Origin: an uncultured Clostridia bacterium
Lineage (GTDB): Bacteria; Bacillota; Clostridia; TANB77; CAG-508
Length of the DNA stretch: 33,561 nucleotides
Assembly (NCBI GenBank): GCA_944388895.1
Contig: CALXKR010000003.1
Location: forward strand, 1-33,561
Direction of reading: 5' to 3'
The notes beneath the pieces are model-generated. The model worked only from the letters and a program-made list of their open reading frames with translations. It did no database searches and had not been told where the DNA came from. Positions 28,311 through 33,561 of the stretch are shown here, piece after piece. Made by a program: the position numbers and the translations under genes. Every line of letters starts with the position of its first letter. Position 1 is the first letter of the stretch.

Positions 28311-28315
28311 TTATT

Positions 28316-29497
28316 TTATTGGTATTTATACTCTTTATATGCTTCTATAATATCTTTTGCTGTTCCAGCATAAGGTTCTCTTACACAAGCATTTAATTTG
28401 TTATCTGTAATATTTATAACTTCCATTAATTCATTATCAGGTATTTCTCCTATTGTACTGAAACTAGGAAATTGGTCTTGTAATTTTTCTTTTGTCTTTC
28501 TTATAAGTTCTAATCCAGACATATTTGAAAAATTATATTTAGAAAATACTAATTCTGGTTTTAATTCTACTATTTTTTTATATGTATCAATTCCATCACA
28601 AGCTATTCCCACTATATTAATATACTCTAAACTAGAGATAGAATTTACTATTGCTTCTCTTATTGTATCATCATTATGAGCAACGATAGTCCTTATTTTT
28701 CTTGTTTCTGTATCTAATTTATTAATTAAAAATTCCAAATTTTCTTGTTGTAAAGCGTTTGCGAAATACTTATCTTTTCCATTTTGAGTTTGTATAATAT
28801 CTGCATTTGGAAGAACTACCATACTTTTTTCAAATTCACTTTGTTTTTTATATTGAATTATTTTAATATTCTCAAATGTTTTTATTTCTCTTACTTTATT
28901 TTCTAATTCATCTTCAGATATTTCAAATGTTTCCTTGTTTACTAAAGCTTTCTCTCTAATAGGCATAAATTTAAGAAATTTCCACTTTTCAATCTTATAC
29001 TTATTTAAAAATTCTCCTAATTCCTCTAATTGATTTATATTCTTTTTACTAACAACTGTATTAATACCAACTTTTATCTTTTTATTCTTAGTTTTTTCTA
29101 ATAGATTTTTGATTATTTCAAAGTGGTTATCTTCTTTACCTAATGACTTATTTATTTCATTATCAATTGAATCTATTGATAGATTTATTTCATCTAAAAT
29201 ATTTAAAATATCTTCAACATACTCATTATCATTTTTTGATAGAAAAATTCCATTTGTTACTAATTTATTGTGTACTCCATTTAACTTAGAAATTCTCATA
29301 AGCTCATTTACTCTAGGATATAATACTGCTTCTCCACCAGTCCAAGTAATATGGTTTATTCCATTCTGTATTAAATTATTTAATACTTTTTCATTTTCTT
29401 CAAATGATAAATCTTCAATATTATTAAAACCAAAGCAATATTTACAATTTTGATTACATCTTGTAGTTATTTTCCAACATACTTTTTGTTTACTCAT
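28316..29497 (-). CDS. Radical SAM enzyme (viperin/MoaA-like fold) fused to a C-terminal pseudo-receiver domain
   Basis: CNQNCKYC (CxxxCxxC), TGGE, VTNG, SIDS, INTVV, KWK; C-terminal [11 protein letters not shown]...VGIACDG...KPELVFSK...MSGLELI. ATG 29497 behind AGAAAGG. Confidence 0.85.
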   Translation of the reverse strand: MSKQKVCWKITTRCNQNCKYCFGFNNIEDLSFEENEKVLNNLIQNGINHITWTGGEAVLYPRVNELMRISKLNGVHNKLVTNGIFLSKNDNEYVEDILNILDEINLSIDSIDNEINKSLGKEDNHFEIIKNLLEKTKNKKIKVGINTVVSKKNINQLEELGEFLNKYKIEKWKFLKFMPIREKALVNKETFEISEDELENKVREIKTFENIKIIQYKKQSEFEKSMVVLPNADIIQTQNGKDKYFANALQQENLEFLINKLDTETRKIRTIVAHNDDTIREAIVNSISSLEYINIVGIACDGIDTYKKIVELKPELVFSKYNFSNMSGLELIRKTKEKLQDQFPSFSTIGEIPDNELMEVINITDNKLNACVREPYAGTAKDIIEAYKEYKYQ

Positions 29498-29741
29498 GTA
29501 TATCAACCTTTCTCTACTATTTGACATAATAATTATACATTAGTATTTGATGTATGTACAGTTGGAATTTTCTAATGGTCATTTCATTTTATCAAACCCA
29601 CTAATATAAATATATTTAACTTCTTTATATTTGAGTTTATAGTTAGTGATGAAAAATTATTTTATACCTGCCTCTTTTTTATCAATTTGTCGAGATGAAT
29701 TGTATCTCATAATTAAACATTAGGTTTGTTTTTATATATTT

Positions 29742-30305
29742 TTATTCTTCACTAATTCTTTCATATTTTATAGCATTAATTTGAGCTGGATATGTTGTCA
29801 TTATAACTCCATCATAAGTTACCTTTATTCTTTCTCCGATCTTATATTTTACATTAGTATCAATTTTTAATTTCTCTACCATTATTAAATCTGCTGATTT
29901 TTTTATTTCTTCATTTTCATCTGGTTCAACAAAAAATAAGTTTTCTTCTACTTGTGTTATTGTGCCACCAAATGAATATTCACTGTTTTTCATTTCTTTT
30001 TCAAATCTTTTCTCATATTCTTTCATTTCTTCTTCAAAGTCATTGTAATCCATAAACCAGCTACCTATTTTTATGTCATCATATCCCGCTAATGTATGGA
30101 AATCAATTACTTTATATCCTAATCCAAAATATTCTATTGTTCCTCCATCCATATATATTCCTGCAAGATTACGAATACAAAATATTGGATTCTTTCCATT
30201 TTTTACTTTGTTGTAATCAACCACAAAAAATATTAACCCTAAAATAATTACAATTCCTAGTACACAACCAATAATCTTTAATCCTTTTTTCATAAATCCC
30301 CTCAA
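29742..30305 (-). CDS. Membrane-anchored protein with C-terminal YobA/DUF3221-like domain
   Basis: N-terminal TM; DGGTIEYFGLGYKVI; C-terminal GERIKVTYDGVIMTTYPAQI. Start may be ATG 30293. Confidence 0.6.
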   Translation of the reverse strand: MRGFMKKGLKIIGCVLGIVIILGLIFFVVDYNKVKNGKNPIFCIRNLAGIYMDGGTIEYFGLGYKVIDFHTLAGYDDIKIGSWFMDYNDFEEEMKEYEKRFEKEMKNSEYSFGGTITQVEENLFFVEPDENEEIKKSADLIMVEKLKIDTNVKYKIGERIKVTYDGVIMTTYPAQINAIKYERISEE

Positions 30306-30455
30306 TTTACCTTTCTTTTAAAATTTAATAATAGCGATAACTTACTATTTTATAGCATTATATCATAAATAAAAAAATCACTCTATACTTTTTCGTATAA
30401 AGTAATTTAAAATTATATCTAATAAACAAAGAAATTGGTTCAGTTAATCTTATAA

Positions 30456-31334
30456 CTATATTTCTAAATATTTTTTAATAAAAATCTTATCTATCTTTGT
30501 TAGATATTTTTCTATATAAATCAAATTAATGTTAACTTCAGGTAATTTTATTGGTAATTTTATTTCATAAAGTTCTCTTTTATTTAATGCTTCTTCTACT
30601 GCCTCTTTCATAACATATCCTATTCCTTGCCCTTGTCTTACTTCTTCAATTCTCATTTCAGTATTATCACATTGTATATCTGCTTTTATTTCTACATTAT
30701 TTTCTCTTAATACTTCAAATAATCTTTTAGTTGAAGTAGATTCCTTGTAATTTAATATGTACTTATATTGTTCCATTTCCTTAAGGTCCTTTATTTCTAT
30801 CAATTCATTAGAAATAAAAATATTATTAATCTTTTTTAAAGTTTTTATAATAAGTTCGTTATTTATATTATCTGGAACAGTATCTATTATTACAAAATCA
30901 ATTATATGCCTTTGTAACAATTGTAATAAACCATTATAGTCTGCTACACTTACTATATCTATTTTTAAATCAGGATAATCATTTCTTACTTTCGTTATAC
31001 ATTTTGATAAATAAAATATTGATATATGAGAAGGACAACCAATTGTAATTTTTGCCTTAGAAATATCATAGTTTTGAATTATTGCATTTTCTGCAAATTC
31101 AAGATCTTTAATTTTGTTATGCATAGAATCATATAGTTCTTTTCCTGCTTCAGTTAGTACTAGACCATCTCTTTCTCTATAAAACAATATTATATCTAAT
31201 TTTTTTTCTAAATTTGTTATATGAGAACTAATCGTCGACTCTGTTAAATATAATTTGTCACTTGCTTCTTTATAATTTTTTGATTCTGCTACTACACAGA
31301 AAATCTTATATAAATTCAAATTAGTATCGCTCAT
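30456..31334 (-). CDS. LysR-family transcriptional regulator
   Basis: NLNLYKIFCVVAE...ASDKLYLTESTISSHITNLEKKL...LFYR...GLVLTEAG; ATG 31334 directly after the CYTH stop. Confidence 0.92.
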   Translation of the reverse strand: MSDTNLNLYKIFCVVAESKNYKEASDKLYLTESTISSHITNLEKKLDIILFYRERDGLVLTEAGKELYDSMHNKIKDLEFAENAIIQNYDISKAKITIGCPSHISIFYLSKCITKVRNDYPDLKIDIVSVADYNGLLQLLQRHIIDFVIIDTVPDNINNELIIKTLKKINNIFISNELIEIKDLKEMEQYKYILNYKESTSTKRLFEVLRENNVEIKADIQCDNTEMRIEEVRQGQGIGYVMKEAVEEALNKRELYEIKLPIKLPEVNINLIYIEKYLTKIDKIFIKKYLEI

Positions 31335-31335
31335 T

Positions 31336-31923
31336 CTATGCACCACCTAATAAAATATTTTTTAATACAATTTCTGCTTTTTTTACAAAATAATCATTAG
31401 TATCTATTGGAAGTTCTAATTGTTTTACTTTATATTTTATTTTTTCTATGGTATCTAATTCTTTATTATCTTCTACAGTTTCAATTTCAATTAATTTTTC
31501 GCCATTTTCTATATCTTTAATTGTAATTTTAAAATCATCTCTCTTATAAGATTTATCATATTCTTTTATATTCATTAATTCTTTATAGCCTATTGCCTCA
31601 ATAAATGCTTTGCCTGCCTCTGCATCTAAAATTTCACAATTGACTTTGCTTTGTTTTAATATATTACCTTTATCATCTATTTGCTTATTTTTGAAAGTTA
31701 ATTTTACTACTTTTCGTTCAGGTATAAATTCTGTAATATTTCTTAATAGTATAGCCTTACTTAATATGTCTCTGTAACTCATATCTTTTAAATCTAATTC
31801 CTTCGGTATAAAATATGTATCATCTAAAATAAATTTTTCTATTATTTTGAAGTTTTTATCTTCTAATATATTGCCAATTTCTTTTATGCTACATTTTAAT
31901 CTTACTGTTATTTCATTACTCAC
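31336..31923 (-). CDS. CYTH / triphosphate tunnel metalloenzyme-like protein
   Basis: NEITVRLK, DDTYF, ILLR, KLTFK.K, FIEAIGY, LIEIE motifs; GTG start with AGGAG RBS. Confidence 0.65.
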   Translation of the reverse strand: MSNEITVRLKCSIKEIGNILEDKNFKIIEKFILDDTYFIPKELDLKDMSYRDILSKAILLRNITEFIPERKVVKLTFKNKQIDDKGNILKQSKVNCEILDAEAGKAFIEAIGYKELMNIKEYDKSYKRDDFKITIKDIENGEKLIEIETVEDNKELDTIEKIKYKVKQLELPIDTNDYFVKKAEIVLKNILLGGA

Positions 31924-32260
31924 AACAATTTTCTCCTATTATATTTGGATTCTCAATACTATTATATTATACCATATTATGTAAATTTTGTAAACTTTTT
32001 GGCTATTTCTTATACTTTATAAACTGTTTCTATTTCTAAACAATATTTTAGTATTATATTTTTTAGATTTTTGTCAAATTAAAATAAAGCATATATCTCA
32101 TTATAAAAAAAAATGACCCAAGACTTCGAAAGTTTCTTGGATACCGCTCATATATATATTACAATATTCTTTGTGAAAAATCAAGGAAATTTTATAATAT
32201 TTACAATATTTGCAATATTCAAAAAATAATTTGATTATCAACATAGCATAAATCTAAAGT

Positions 32261-32333
32261 TTATCAATAATTTTTATAAAACTATTGATAATTTTATAGA
32301 AATAGCATATAATATAAGTAAGGAAAGTAAGGA
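32261..32333 (+). promoter_or_regulatory. TA operon promoter and operator
   Basis: TTGATA (32285-32290), 17 bp, TATAAT (32308-32313); tandem AAGTAAGGA x2 (32316-32333); TTATCAATA/TATTGATAA inverted repeat overlapping the -35. Confidence 0.65.
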
Positions 32334-32353
32334 AAAAGAAAGGATGTGATTTT

Positions 32354-32611
32354 ATGGAATTAGCAAAAATAACTACAAAAGGTCAGGTAACTATTCCAAA
32401 ATCAATAAGAGAATTATTAGATTTAAAAGAAGGAAGTAAAATTCTTTTTATTCAGAAAGGAAAAGATATAGTTATTCAAAATGCTGCAATGCTTGCTTTA
32501 GAAAAGATTCAAAAATCTTTTGATGGCGAAGCAGAAAGACTTGGTTTAGAAACAGAAGAAGATGTTGTAAAAATGATAAAAGAATTTAGAAAAAATAGAA
32601 AGAAGGATTAG
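32354..32611 (+). CDS. AbrB/MazE/SpoVT-family antitoxin
   Basis: AKITTKGQVTIPKSIRELLDLKEG..ILF. Confidence 0.9.
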   Translation: MELAKITTKGQVTIPKSIRELLDLKEGSKILFIQKGKDIVIQNAAMLALEKIQKSFDGEAERLGLETEEDVVKMIKEFRKNRKKD

Positions 32612-32612
32612 T

Positions 32613-33011
32613 ATGAGAGTAATGCTAGATACAAATATTCTTATTTCTGCATTCGTATTTAAGAGCAAAAAGATGAATGAACTAATCCATAAACTTTCCA
32701 AAGAGCACGAAATAATAATTTGCTCATATACAGTTCAGGAACTAAAAGAATTAATAGATACAAAATTTAAAGTAAGTCTAAAAGATTTAGATGAATTTTT
32801 AAAAGACTTCCCGTTTGATTTAGTTTATTCTCCAATGCATGTAGAGAATAAACTATTTGAAATTAGAGATAAAGATGATTATATAATTCTACATACAGCA
32901 ATAATAGAAGATGTTGATGTATTTATAACAGGTGATAAAGATTTTGATAATGTAGATGTAGACAAACCAGAAATTATGAATGCTACTGAATTTTTAGAAA
33001 AATTTTGTTAG
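32613..33011 (+). CDS. PIN-domain (VapC-like) toxin
   Basis: MRVMLDTNILISA, RDKDD..IL..A, FITGDKDF; 1 nt after the antitoxin stop. Confidence 0.9.
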   Translation: MRVMLDTNILISAFVFKSKKMNELIHKLSKEHEIIICSYTVQELKELIDTKFKVSLKDLDEFLKDFPFDLVYSPMHVENKLFEIRDKDDYIILHTAIIEDVDVFITGDKDFDNVDVDKPEIMNATEFLEKFC

Positions 33012-33021
33012 AAAATTTTAT

Positions 33022-33057
33022 AAGCTCTAAAATCTAGAATAATAGATTTTAGAGCTT
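33022..33057. terminator. Bidirectional terminator between the TA operon and tRNA-Thr(CGT)
   Basis: AAGCTCTAAAATCTA-GAATAA-TAGATTTTAGAGCTT, 15-bp perfect stem. Confidence 0.75.
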
Positions 33058-33087
33058 TTTATAAAATATACTTACTTTAAAGCTATA

Positions 33088-33163
33088 TGGAGCCACCAAG
33101 CAGAATTGAACTGCTGACCTTTGAATTACGAATTCACTGCTCTACCAACTGAGCTATGGTGGC
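33088..33163 (-). tRNA. tRNA-Thr (anticodon CGT)
   Basis: GCCACCA-TA-GCTCAGTTGGTAGAGC-A-GTGAA-TTCGTAA-TTCAA-AGGTC-AGCAG-TTCAATT-CTGCT-TGGTGGC-T-CCA; 76 nt, G27:A43 mismatch. Confidence 0.94.
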
Positions 33164-33174
33164 AAATCATTAAT

Positions 33175-33203
33175 ATTATAGTATATGACATCCAAAAAAT
33201 CAA
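33175..33203 (-). promoter_or_regulatory. sigma-A promoter of tRNA-Thr(CGT)
   Basis: TTGATT (33198-33203), 17 bp, TATAAT (33175-33180). Confidence 0.65.
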
Positions 33204-33227
33204 GCAATTCAGTTAAATATTTCTTAT

Positions 33228-33533
33228 TTAATTTTTTACCATATTAAGTATATTATTTCCAATTTCATTTGCATACTTTTTATATTTTTCTGCAAATTCT
33301 TTACAAGAAACTTCTACTATTTCATCTCCAATATTAATTTTAATTGTATCCATTTTAATTACATTTGACATACCAAATGATACTATTAATAAACAACATT
33401 TCTCAAATACTGCTTTTCCATAGTCTACTAGATTTCCTTTATTGCTTTCTTTTGATACTTCTTTAATGAATTTACAATATAAATCATCTCCTAATAATTT
33501 GTTTGCTATGTATGCATAATTAACATCTTTCAT
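33228..33533 (-). CDS. Hypothetical protein
   Basis: 101-aa ORF with GGAGGT RBS; no family recognised. Confidence 0.65.
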   Translation of the reverse strand: MKDVNYAYIANKLLGDDLYCKFIKEVSKESNKGNLVDYGKAVFEKCCLLIVSFGMSNVIKMDTIKINIGDEIVEVSCKEFAEKYKKYANEIGNNILNMVKN

Positions 33534-33561
33534 ATTCTTGTACCTCCATCTTTTCTTTTAT

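Larger units (their letters stand above)
24019..33098. mobile_element. ~9 kb integrative island at tRNA-Thr(CGT), with int/xis but no visible conjugation or replication module
   Basis: Perfect 11-bp direct repeat TGGAGCCACCA at 24019-24029 and 33088-33098 (plus shared TTACGAA anticodon loop); integrase adjacent to one end; accessory cargo including a TA pair. Right boundary uncertain. Confidence 0.75.

Noticed and set aside
1-33561. CRISPR array, cas genes, IS transposases, reverse transcriptase, rRNA
   Set aside because: No regularly spaced repeat-spacer pattern or corresponding protein motifs seen

Overview
Very AT-rich chromosomal segment from a spore-forming, Clostridia-like Firmicute. 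Bases 1-23,960 are mostly housekeeping and sporulation genes: gerW/ytfJ, DUF2953, scpA, recX, recA with SOS boxes, an orphan peptide-binding protein, spoVS, ymdB, rny, xerD, spoIIM, EndoQ, an HD-like protein, tmcAL, rnhA, tRNA-Thr(GGT), sigH, rqcH, ligA, pgsA, UPF0182 and ftsY. Bases ~24,019-33,163 form a ~9 kb integrative island between a 3'-half tRNA-Thr(CGT) fragment and an intact tRNA-Thr(CGT). The island has an intact tyrosine integrase and an excisionase, but no visible conjugation or replication genes. It carries an unusual layered control region. A Spo0A-like regulator lacking the phospho-Asp is divergent from a leader ORF ending in RSPP, whose Pro-Pro codons and a perfect 12-bp hairpin occlude the Shine-Dalgarno of a sigma-70 region-4 gene. 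That gene is followed by a boxA-containing structured 360-nt non-coding region, a small membrane peptide, xis and int. Cargo includes a viperin-like radical SAM enzyme fused to a pseudo-receiver domain, a CYTH-LysR pair and an AbrB-PIN toxin-antitoxin module. All family calls come from motif recognition by eye; no database search was run.
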